Shown here piece by piece: positions 18,932-26,632 of a DNA stretch of 32,027 bases. Both the position numbers and the translations under genes were made by a program. Source of the stretch: an uncultured Selenomonas sp. GTDB taxonomy: Bacteria > Bacillota > Negativicutes > Selenomonadales > Selenomonadaceae. The notes beneath the pieces were generated by a model that was not told the DNA's origin, ran no database searches, and saw only the letters and a program-made list of their open reading frames with translations. Position 1 is the stretch's first letter. Each line of letters begins with the position of its first letter. The DNA lies in contig CAMURM010000001.1 of assembly GCA_947097535.1 (NCBI GenBank), positions 1-32,027 on the forward strand. The letters are read 5' to 3'.

Positions 18932-20140
18932 TTACGCACGCTCGACCATGATGCCCGAAACATCGCCCGGATAATCCACGCGGAAATAGCGGCTGTCGGG
19001 ATTGTCCGCATCGGCGTGCTCGAAACTCGCCAGGACGGACGCCTTGATCTGACGACTGCCCCAATCCTCGCCGATGAGCGCATCGTCCCCCGTCGGCGCA
19101 ATGGATACATGATAGAAGAGCACCGACTTCTGGCGACCATGCGTCGGATCATACTCAAAGCGCAACGCGCCCTCGATCTTCTTTTTCACGCCTGCATAGA
19201 TGCGCGGGATGTACTGCTCCTCAACCTTGCAGCTGACATAGATTTCCTCACCCTGCTTGATCGCCGACGTGAGCGGGAAACGCACTTTGCCGTTTCGTAC
19301 ATCGACCGCATCCGCGATGTAGTCTGTGCCCTCTTCAAGGGTCACACCCGCAGGGACGGCCTCGATGCGCCACACATCGCCCTGCTGGAAGTCGATGCCG
19401 CTCGTACCTGCCGAGAACTTCACCTTTACGCCGTCGGCGAGCGTCTGCGCATTGCCCGTGACAACAGTGCCTACACTCGTGTACGTGCCCGCTGCGCCCT
19501 TCTTCCAGACGAACTCCGCATCGGTAATCGTGCCGGCGACCGTATTCGCCTTCTTGATCTTGATGAAAAACGTCTCCGTCGTCGTGCCCGTGTACGTGCC
19601 GCTCGACGTGATCGAGCCGGTCGATTTCGTCATGCCGCCCTGCGTATCGAAGATTGGCGCCCTGAGCGTCGGCGCGATCGGATTCTTGCGCTTGATGACG
19701 AGATTCTTGTAGTTGTACGCACTCGTCGTCTTGTCAAGCAAAATGAAAATCTCGCTGCCCGGCGACACGGTGTACGGCACATCCGACAGCGTCTTTGCCT
19801 CGATGTGCTTGATCGCCGTCTTGCCGTACATCGCCAACGCATAGCGAAGCGGGTCGGATTCATCCATCGTGATGGTCAAGTCCACGTCGCGCTGCGTCTC
19901 GACTTCAGCAAGCTTTTCGCGCGTACCACGCGTCGCATCGCGCTTGACGATCGAGTTGACGTTCCAACTCACCTGTGCCGCCGAGCAGTTGCCCAGCGAG
20001 AAAAACGTACCGTCGGGATTGACCTCCTCATCGAAGTTGCAAAACGAAAACTCGCCTGCGCCGACGTCGAAGTTCGCCGCGCTCTTCTGCGCACCAAGCA
20101 TGTGCGCAAAGCGCTGCAAATCAAGCTTCATACCTTCCAT
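18932..20140 (-). CDS. Major tail (tube) protein with N-terminal Prp-type motif MKLDLQRF/A
   Basis: Position before the chaperones; LGNC...PTGDxALIGEDW tube-like motifs; Thr/Gly-rich inserted domain; AAAGGTGG RBS. Confidence 0.8.
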   Translation of the reverse strand: MEGMKLDLQRFAHMLGAQKSAANFDVGAGEFSFCNFDEEVNPDGTFFSLGNCSAAQVSWNVNSIVKRDATRGTREKLAEVETQRDVDLTITMDESDPLRYALAMYGKTAIKHIEAKTLSDVPYTVSPGSEIFILLDKTTSAYNYKNLVIKRKNPIAPTLRAPIFDTQGGMTKSTGSITSSGTYTGTTTETFFIKIKKANTVAGTITDAEFVWKKGAAGTYTSVGTVVTGNAQTLADGVKVKFSAGTSGIDFQQGDVWRIEAVPAGVTLEEGTDYIADAVDVRNGKVRFPLTSAIKQGEEIYVSCKVEEQYIPRIYAGVKKKIEGALRFEYDPTHGRQKSVLFYHVSIAPTGDDALIGEDWGSRQIKASVLASFEHADADNPDSRYFRVDYPGDVSGIMVERA

Positions 20141-20570
20141 CTCTTGTTCCACCTTTCCACTCAAAAACAAGAATCAACTCATTGCCGTAATACGGGCGCA
20201 CCATATCACCCAAAGGCTCAACGCCCGTCGCCGATATCTTCACCGCGATCTTGAGGTTCGTCAGGATGTAGTCGTGCAGCCGCCGAATTTCCTGCAAGAT
20301 GAGGTTCTGGATACGGTACTGCTCGCGAAACGCACGCCAGATATCCGTATCGTCCGTGCGATGCTTGATGAGAAGATGCACGGCGACCGCGCCCGTCGTA
20401 TTGACCGTCTCCGCCGCTCCGCGCTCAGCTTCCCAGTCAATCTCAATCGACGAACCGCCCCCTTTCGGCAGATTGCCGATCAGATCGACCTCATACGCTT
20501 CGGCAATCTCCGGCAAACTTCGCAGATAAAGACGCACGCTCTCGACGATCGGCAGCCACATGAAACGCAT
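20121..20570 (-). CDS. Putative tail terminator / completion protein
   Basis: 149 aa, immediately before the major tail gene; assigned by synteny. Confidence 0.55.
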   Translation of the reverse strand: MRFMWLPIVESVRLYLRSLPEIAEAYEVDLIGNLPKGGGSSIEIDWEAERGAAETVNTTGAVAVHLLIKHRTDDTDIWRAFREQYRIQNLILQEIRRLHDYILTNLKIAVKISATGVEPLGDMVRPYYGNELILVFEWKGGTRDGRYEA

Positions 20571-20953
20571 CAGCCACGCCCCACTTTCGCCGTCAACGGA
20601 AAACTCTCGCCAAGATCCTTGCCCTCGGCGCCCGTGAACGTCTCCGCACTGATTCGCGCCTCCCAGCGCATATACTCCCGCTCATAGATGGCGCGCTTCT
20701 TCTCGTACGGATCATCGCCTGCCTCCATGCTGCGACCGCTCGTCATAGCCGATGCGTTGCGGGCGCAGACCATGAGCGCGTAGAAAAGCGCCAGCTGGCG
20801 AATCGGATAGGCGACGGGCGTGCGGATGCGCTCGGGCGATACGCCAAGACGCGCGGCAAGCCCGTCTACATAATCCGTCGATTCCGCCACATCTTCATCG
20901 GACAAATTCGGCTGCAAGAGCGCGTCGCGCACATCTTCCATGTGAAAGTACAT
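20570..20953 (-). CDS. Putative head-tail adaptor
   Basis: 127-aa helical protein in the neck module; assigned by size and synteny. Confidence 0.55.
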   Translation of the reverse strand: MYFHMEDVRDALLQPNLSDEDVAESTDYVDGLAARLGVSPERIRTPVAYPIRQLALFYALMVCARNASAMTSGRSMEAGDDPYEKKRAIYEREYMRWEARISAETFTGAEGKDLGESFPLTAKVGRG

Positions 20954-21507
20954 TACCGCGCCCCCCTTGTCGCCGCTGCAATATGGCGGTCAAAGATGGC
21001 GGTGATCCGCGCATGGCAGCGGTCTGCTGCTTCGTAAAGAAATCGGTCGGCGGGTGATCCCGGATGATGCACTTCTTTAGCATAAGCAAATTCCGACCCC
21101 CGTCGATATTTCCCCTCGCGCATATTCCTGTAGTCGCGTGCGGAAATCTCCCGCGACCCCCCGATGAACGTCGCCCATCGGAGCGCCTTTTTCTCTTTCG
21201 GACGAATCACATACGTCCCCCGCGCACCGAAACTCCCCGTCGGCTCATGCACAAACGGCGCATACGGCGCCCGCTGCATCTGGAAATATATCGTGCCTTC
21301 CAACTTGGCTCGATCCACTTGGTAGGCGATTTCACGCTCCAATGCCCCCGTGCGCGACGTGAAGCGATGATGCGCACGCGCTTCTCGCTGTACCAAGCGG
21401 CACGATTCTAAAAGTGCGCGACGGATCGCCGTCCGCGTCCTTCCCAGACCCACCGTTTCAATGGCGCGAATCGCCCCCAGAGCGTCAATGTCAATCCGCA
21501 GGTTCAT
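20953..21507 (-). CDS. HK97 gp10-like neck / tail completion protein
   Basis: RTGALEREI...APYAPFVHE...IRPKEKKAL...VHHPG...FLYEA pattern. Confidence 0.75.
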   Translation of the reverse strand: MNLRIDIDALGAIRAIETVGLGRTRTAIRRALLESCRLVQREARAHHRFTSRTGALEREIAYQVDRAKLEGTIYFQMQRAPYAPFVHEPTGSFGARGTYVIRPKEKKALRWATFIGGSREISARDYRNMREGKYRRGSEFAYAKEVHHPGSPADRFLYEAADRCHARITAIFDRHIAAATRGAR

Positions 21508-21734
21508 TACGCACCACCCGCCTCATCGGCGTCTTGCGGCAAAAGTGCATCTTTCGCTTTCCTGCCCTTTGCCTTGCCGCCGTCGCTTTTGCCGCTTTCG
21601 CCGACATCGCTGCTCTCGCCGCGCTCGCCAACCGGCTCCGGCTGATACCCCAGCTCGGAAAACTCGCCAACGCGTTTCTCATCGACAATGACCTCTTCAT
21701 TGTCCTTATAAAGCCGTATCGTCTTGACCTTCAT
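21507..21734 (-). CDS. Small head-associated hypothetical protein, 75 aa
   Basis: Short folded N-terminus plus charged tail; tightly packed after the capsid/protease genes. Confidence 0.6.
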   Translation of the reverse strand: MKVKTIRLYKDNEEVIVDEKRVGEFSELGYQPEPVGERGESSDVGESGKSDGGKAKGRKAKDALLPQDADEAGGA

Positions 21735-21737
21735 GTT

Positions 21738-22040
21738 TCAACCCTCTTTCATAAAACAATGCGGATACTTCTCCTCGATACGCAAAAGCTCAAGACGCGC
21801 CGCTGTCATGATGCCGCGCGTTTCAGCCATGAGGCAGCAGGAGATGAACATATCTCCCGCCGCTTCCTTGACTTCGGTGCTTTTGTCAAAATGCGTGCAG
21901 CCTGCATATACCATATCCGCCACCGCCGAGATGGCGGCGCAGACGATGTTCTCGCCCGCAGGCGCAGCGGCTTCCGATGCGTGTCCCGTGATGCGCAGAT
22001 AGGCGCGTCCGCGTCCTTCTGTGAAGCGATACCGCACCAT
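21738..22040 (-). CDS. prp: Phage-encoded Prp-like cysteine protease (ribosomal-processing protease family, DUF464), 100 aa
   Basis: ITGHA...GENIVCAAISA carries the His/Cys dyad pattern of Prp; C-terminal IEEKYP; ATG 4 nt after the capsid stop. Confidence 0.85.
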   Translation of the reverse strand: MVRYRFTEGRGRAYLRITGHASEAAAPAGENIVCAAISAVADMVYAGCTHFDKSTEVKEAAGDMFISCCLMAETRGIMTAARLELLRIEEKYPHCFMKEG

Positions 22041-22044
22041 CGGC

Positions 22045-23202
22045 TTACCCCAAGATACGGCAAGCAAGCTCAGGAATCATCGTCTTGACGCCGCAGAGCA
22101 GATCGAGCGAGCAGATGTCCCGCTTGAGCTTCACGTCGTAGTCAAAGACGACGCGAATCGAGATGCCGCCGTCGCTGATGATCGCATACTGCGAATCGGC
22201 AACGCCCAGAGGCTTTGCCAGGGGGCGCGTCACGAGCGTGAAGGCGTTTCGGTGAAATGCCATGCTCGCCGTGTGATCTTTGACGACCGTCACCACGGTA
22301 TTTGCCGCGAACGTCTGCCTTGCCGCCGGATAGAACTGCACCGTGACCGAATTGCCCGCCGCATCGGCGTCTTTCATCACGACGTAAGGGCGAGAATCGC
22401 CCGCGAGCGTGAAGATCGTGCCCTTCTTGATTTTGCCCGTCAAAGAGCCGTCCGTGAAAGTCGCAACGTTGCTGTCTGCCGATACGATTGCCGAGAGCTT
22501 CATCGTCGGCGTCACCGACAAATTGCCATTCTCGTGCTTGCAGATGTTCTGATCCATGTAGAAATCGAAGCCGAACTTACGCCCGAGCTGCGCATTGATG
22601 ATCGCGCTCGTCTCGCCCGTGTGCCCGACCGAGTTGAAGGCGTCAAGTTCCAAGAGCTTTGCGTCTGCCGCCGTATCCAAGACCGCCATACGCCCTGCCA
22701 TCGGCACCTTGTTGTCGTTCATCTCTTTCCTGACCGCCGTGATCGCCGCGACGCTTGCAGGCGTATTGCCCGGCGTACCGACGAAGTACGGAATGTCCTC
22801 GTAGCAGCGGCAGATCTTCTCATCAATCGCCTGCTCGATCGACATGACCGCAGGCTCGATGAGCTGCTTCGAGAAATCGCTGATACTCAGCGTCAGCTCC
22901 TTCGATGTGATACCGAACGATACGTCGAGGATGCTGTCCAAGACGACAGGCACCTTGCCTTCGACGGCGTTCTGGATCTTGATGCCCGTCGCAGGATCGA
23001 AAAGATCGACCTCAAAATTCGCCGGACGGCGCACCATGACGGTATCGCCGACCTCGGCGAACTCGCCGTCGTAGTCGCGGCTTACAAGCTGCGACATGAC
23101 CGTGTTGTTCTTGAGAACCATCAGCGCCTCACGCGCAACATGCATCGGCGTCAGGAAATCATTTCCTGCAAAACGCTGCAGATTGAGCTTCATCTTTTTC
23201 AT
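22045..23202 (-). CDS. Major capsid protein (P22 coat-like) with N-terminal Prp-type leader KLNLQRF/A
   Basis: REALMVLKNN...RDYDGEF...GDTVMVRRP...AFHRNAFTLVTRPL...LDLLCGVK...PELACR. Confidence 0.9.
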   Translation of the reverse strand: MKKMKLNLQRFAGNDFLTPMHVAREALMVLKNNTVMSQLVSRDYDGEFAEVGDTVMVRRPANFEVDLFDPATGIKIQNAVEGKVPVVLDSILDVSFGITSKELTLSISDFSKQLIEPAVMSIEQAIDEKICRCYEDIPYFVGTPGNTPASVAAITAVRKEMNDNKVPMAGRMAVLDTAADAKLLELDAFNSVGHTGETSAIINAQLGRKFGFDFYMDQNICKHENGNLSVTPTMKLSAIVSADSNVATFTDGSLTGKIKKGTIFTLAGDSRPYVVMKDADAAGNSVTVQFYPAARQTFAANTVVTVVKDHTASMAFHRNAFTLVTRPLAKPLGVADSQYAIISDGGISIRVVFDYDVKLKRDICSLDLLCGVKTMIPELACRILG

Positions 23203-23222
23203 GTTCGGTTTCCCCCTCTTTC

Positions 23223-24014
23223 TTAAATCTTGCCTTCTTTGCGGAGCTTTTCATACTCCGCCTGCGTCATCTTCTGAAAATCGACCTTGCCGCCCGCGCT
23301 GCCGCCCGAGCCTGCGCCTGCGTTCTGGTTGTTCGCCAAAAGGCGCGGATGCTTCTCAAAGAACATCTTGACGCCTTCTTCGACGGTGACTTCCGTGCCG
23401 TCGTCGGTCGGAAATACGGGCGTTTCGTCGTCCAAGATTTTCACCTTGTCGCGGAAGATCGGCACGAGCGCTTCATATTCTAAAGCGCCGCTCTTCTTGA
23501 GCGCACGTTCGACTTCTGCATCGCGAATGATCGTGTGGATGCGGGCAAGACGCTCGTCGGCGATCTTCTTCTGCTCGTCCCGCTCCTTTTCCAGAGCCGT
23601 CCTACCGCGCGTGAGATCGTTGATCTGGCTCTGGAGCTTCGCCGTATCTACGCCGCCGTTCTTCGACTTCTGCGCTTCTTTCAAGGCTTCGAGCGCGGCG
23701 TCGAGGTCTTCCGTATCGACGGGAATCCCGTTGAAGTCCAGGAGTTTGTTGAACTTCTGCACGGCTGTATCTCGCTCTGCGGTTAGCGTCTTTTCGCTTC
23801 CCGTGAGCTTTGCGATTCTGGCGTTGAGCTTCGCCGCCTCGCTCTTGCCCTTCTTGTCCGAGGCGATGAGCTGATTCAGCCCCGCGACATACGCCGCGCC
23901 GCCCTCAAGCCCTGTCAGAGCTTCCGTGATGGCTTCGACCGTCGCAGGGGCTTCGCCGCCCTCGTCAAAGCGTTGGAGATTCAGCCGCATCGGCGTCTGT
24001 GTGATCTTTTTCAA
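23223..24014 (-). CDS. Capsid scaffolding protein with N-terminal Prp-type leader RLNLQRF/D
   Basis: Coiled-coil, charged protein upstream of the capsid; Gly-rich linker and MTQAEYEKLRK terminus; GGGAGG RBS with TTG start. Confidence 0.82.
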   Translation of the reverse strand: MKKITQTPMRLNLQRFDEGGEAPATVEAITEALTGLEGGAAYVAGLNQLIASDKKGKSEAAKLNARIAKLTGSEKTLTAERDTAVQKFNKLLDFNGIPVDTEDLDAALEALKEAQKSKNGGVDTAKLQSQINDLTRGRTALEKERDEQKKIADERLARIHTIIRDAEVERALKKSGALEYEALVPIFRDKVKILDDETPVFPTDDGTEVTVEEGVKMFFEKHPRLLANNQNAGAGSGGSAGGKVDFQKMTQAEYEKLRKEGKI

Positions 24015-24040
24015 ATGTCATTCCTCCCTCAAGTGAGCAT

Positions 24041-24064
24041 AAAAAATGGCCGCCAGCGGCGACC
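24041..24064 (-). terminator. Terminator-like hairpin before the scaffold gene
   Basis: GGTCGCC-GCT-GGCGGCC-A-TTTTTT on the minus strand. Confidence 0.55.
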
Positions 24065-24097
24065 TCGGACAATCTCTTGCTCGATTCATGGCTTTAC

Positions 24098-24370
24098 CTA
24101 CGCTTTCTCATAAGTTTTCTCGAAGATATCCGGCTTGCAGGGATATATCTCCCCATTTACACCTTGCATGATGTAGTCGCCCACACTCGCATGATGCGTG
24201 CCTTCCGGCGTCTTGATGTACAAATCGCCGCTCTCTTGAAAGAACAAGATTCCATCGATAAAGGCTTTGATTGCCCAATCGGGAACATAATAGGTCCCGT
24301 CTTGATTCATCAAATCGCCGTCAAACGGGAACGCTTCAATGACCACGGGCTTTTTCCTGTACTTTGCCAT
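24098..24370 (-). CDS. Conserved small phage protein (YRKKPVVIEA / PGDYG-like family), 90 aa
   Basis: YRKKPVVIEA...IKTPEG...VGDYI..GVNGEIYPCKPDIFEKTYE. Confidence 0.8.
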   Translation of the reverse strand: MAKYRKKPVVIEAFPFDGDLMNQDGTYYVPDWAIKAFIDGILFFQESGDLYIKTPEGTHHASVGDYIMQGVNGEIYPCKPDIFEKTYEKA

Positions 24371-24382
24371 ACGCTCACCCCC

Positions 24383-24787
24383 CTACCGATACCGATTCCA
24401 TTGGTTGACGAAGATGCGCACGAACCGCTGTGCTTCCTTCGCCAGCATCTCCTCCGACTCGGCGATCAGCGGCTTCGTGCTCTGATACAGCATCAGCCCG
24501 CGATCCTGCCGCTTCTCCGCCGCTTCCGCGTCACTCTTTAGATACCGTTCGCGTTCCTCGTACCAAATGCCGAAGCGCTTGAGTTCGCTGTAAAGAACGG
24601 CAAGCACGCGGTCAGGCACAATCGTAAAGGCATTCGGGTCAACTTCATAGCCCGTCAAGACGCCCTCTTCTTCGTAGTCCTCTAAGGCACGCATGACGCC
24701 CGCCTCATAGAGCGGCTGTTTGACGCACTCGGGCAGCTCTACACTCGGCAAGAGCCGCAGAAGCTCCTCTCTCGATACTTGATGCAA
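24383..24787 (-). CDS. Hypothetical protein, about 134 aa
   Basis: AGGAGGTG RBS before TTG at 24787; no family recognised. Confidence 0.65.
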   Translation of the reverse strand: MHQVSREELLRLLPSVELPECVKQPLYEAGVMRALEDYEEEGVLTGYEVDPNAFTIVPDRVLAVLYSELKRFGIWYEERERYLKSDAEAAEKRQDRGLMLYQSTKPLIAESEEMLAKEAQRFVRIFVNQWNRYR

Positions 24788-24811
24788 AGGCCTCACCTCC
24801 TAAAAGGGTAC

Positions 24812-24847
24812 AAAAAAGCACTGTGGGTATTTTTCACAGTGCTTTTT
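24812..24847 (-). terminator. Intrinsic terminator after the putative immunity gene
   Basis: AAAAAGCACTGTG...CACAGTGCTTTTTT on the minus strand. Confidence 0.8.
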
Positions 24848-24870
24848 CCTTATTCGTTTGTGGATACGAC

Positions 24871-25065
24871 TCACGCCAGCTGCTGTTCTGGCGTCTCATC
24901 AACAATCACGCGTTCAATATCCTCGTGCTCGATAACATCTGTTTCGATAACCCCATCAGGTTTATTGATGTCAACCACGTACGCTTTTGCAGGAACAATG
25001 ACATCAGCAATATATGCCATTTCCCCTGTTTTCAACAAAACCTTGTCAAATTCTTTCACGACCAT
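24871..25065 (-). CDS. Putative immunity protein for the MuF C-terminal domain, about 64 aa
   Basis: Small, acidic, AT-rich gene overlapping the MuF 3' end; KEFDKVLLKTGE SH3-like pattern; alternative start at 25071. Confidence 0.6.
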   Translation of the reverse strand: MVVKEFDKVLLKTGEMAYIADVIVPAKAYVVDINKPDGVIETDVIEHEDIERVIVDETPEQQLA

Positions 25066-26629
25066 TGACATCACTTCCTTTTTTTCGTCTATCAACGTAG
25101 ACCGTTGTCATTCTGACTTCACCATTGTTTTTATCAATAATCCAGCCCGTTAAGACAGATGCCGTTTTCCCGTTGGGACCTCGTAATTCCATAGCTATTT
25201 CAAAGAGATCGCCATACCCTCTGCCTGGCTTCTTAACAGGTTTCACATCATTGATATGCTTTTGAATATTTTCTACGAGATCGTCTACATTGGACAGGTC
25301 ATACCCTAAAGCGCGTTTAAACGCCCTGGCCTTGTTAATATCTTTATCGGGATTTAAGGCATATCGCGTAAGTTTCGCCATAGGGATATTCGCATCGCCA
25401 ATACCGTTTATATGTGTCTTAATTATACTATCATTCGCAAACAGCTGCAAATCAAACTTGAAATCCCCTGCGCTCAAACGGCTTTTCGGGTTTCGAAAGC
25501 CGTCCCAGCCGCGAAGGAGCTTCTGCCAGTCGCCGCCTTTTTCGTAGGCTTCCAACCCCGCATCGCCGAAGAGCGCACGCTTCCTTTTCTCGTCGAGCGA
25601 ATCGATGTACCGCCTTGCGCCTTCAGGCTTGACCTTCCTGCCCTTGCGCTCCCATGAGAACACGTCCTCCAACATGCACATGCAGTGCGGATGGCGCGGG
25701 ATGCTCGGCACTTTATGCTTGGGGTAGATGCCCTTGCCATAGCCTACGTCCATATTGGCGCAGACGTCGCACTGGTCGAACGGGCAGAGATGGTGTCGGC
25801 TCGACAGTCGCCAACGGTAGCCCCAGATATCCTCGTCGCCCTCTCTTGCGGCGATGTAGCCATCGAACCACGCGCGCGCTGCTTCCGTGCGCGCAATGCG
25901 CTCGGCATGGTAGCGTGTCTTTTCCTCGACGGCTGTCCGCACAGCTCGCTCGATCGCCTGCGCCTTGAGGTCATCCGCCGTACACGCTTTGACAAGCTCG
26001 TTGTATGCCGCCTGCAAATGCGGCGAGCGAATATCTCGTGGCAGGCTCTCCATCCGAAGCGCCTGCCGCCGCAGGTCAGCCATGAGGGCATCGTCGCCTA
26101 AAGCCGCCTCTGCCGTCCGCAGGAGCTTCGCCATATCTCTTCTAAGTGTCGCCTTGCTGAGTATGCCTTTGCCACTGTTGTAGCCGTCATAGAGCTCCAT
26201 GGCGATGTCTTTGATGCTCTTGACCTGCCGCAGGGCGATGCCGAGTGCCGATACGATGTTGTTCCTTACAGGGAGCGCATGCAGGCGCTTCGAGAGCTTC
26301 ATGCCGTCGCCCGTCCATGCCGTTTCTGTGAGCTTCCGCTTGATGTTCGCTTCAGACGATGCCGCGACGAACTTCGGCAGTACGCCGTAGCCTGCGCACG
26401 CCGCGAGGAACAGCACCTGCCCGACCGCCTGCGCGTTCGCACCGAAGAAGCCGACGTCTCGAATGGCATCGTCTACGGCTCGCGTCATGGGTACGCCGTC
26501 GTTGAATTTTTGCAGCACGCGTTCGACGAGTGCATCGCCTATGGCAAGGTATTCTTTCCGATAGCCTTGCAAAATGCTGCGCACGGCTTCTCGAAATTCA
26601 CGCGCTTTGAAATCGGCGTCTTTCGGCAT
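25046..26629 (-). CDS. MuF-like minor head protein fused to a C-terminal toxin-like domain (DUF6883-like)
   Basis: RIARTEAARA and PRHPHCMC MuF motifs; C-terminal KLTRYALNP...KARAFKRALGY...GPNGK...TGWIID...TTVYV in an AT-rich segment. Confidence 0.82.
   Translation of the reverse strand: MPKDADFKAREFREAVRSILQGYRKEYLAIGDALVERVLQKFNDGVPMTRAVDDAIRDVGFFGANAQAVGQVLFLAACAGYGVLPKFVAASSEANIKRKLTETAWTGDGMKLSKRLHALPVRNNIVSALGIALRQVKSIKDIAMELYDGYNSGKGILSKATLRRDMAKLLRTAEAALGDDALMADLRRQALRMESLPRDIRSPHLQAAYNELVKACTADDLKAQAIERAVRTAVEEKTRYHAERIARTEAARAWFDGYIAAREGDEDIWGYRWRLSSRHHLCPFDQCDVCANMDVGYGKGIYPKHKVPSIPRHPHCMCMLEDVFSWERKGRKVKPEGARRYIDSLDEKRKRALFGDAGLEAYEKGGDWQKLLRGWDGFRNPKSRLSAGDFKFDLQLFANDSIIKTHINGIGDANIPMAKLTRYALNPDKDINKARAFKRALGYDLSNVDDLVENIQKHINDVKPVKKPGRGYGDLFEIAMELRGPNGKTASVLTGWIIDKNNGEVRMTTVYVDRRKKGSDVNGRERI
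25422..25450 (-). promoter_or_regulatory. Internal sigmaA-type promoter within muF
   Basis: TTGCAG-N17-TATAAT on the minus strand, overlapping the LQLFANDSII codons. Confidence 0.68.
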
Positions 26630-26632
26630 GGC

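Noticed and set aside
18878..23226. Long plus-strand ORFs (18878-20254, 22021-23226; similarly 14027-15184 and 7383-8387)
   Set aside because: Antisense shadows of real GC-rich genes, with no recognisable motifs
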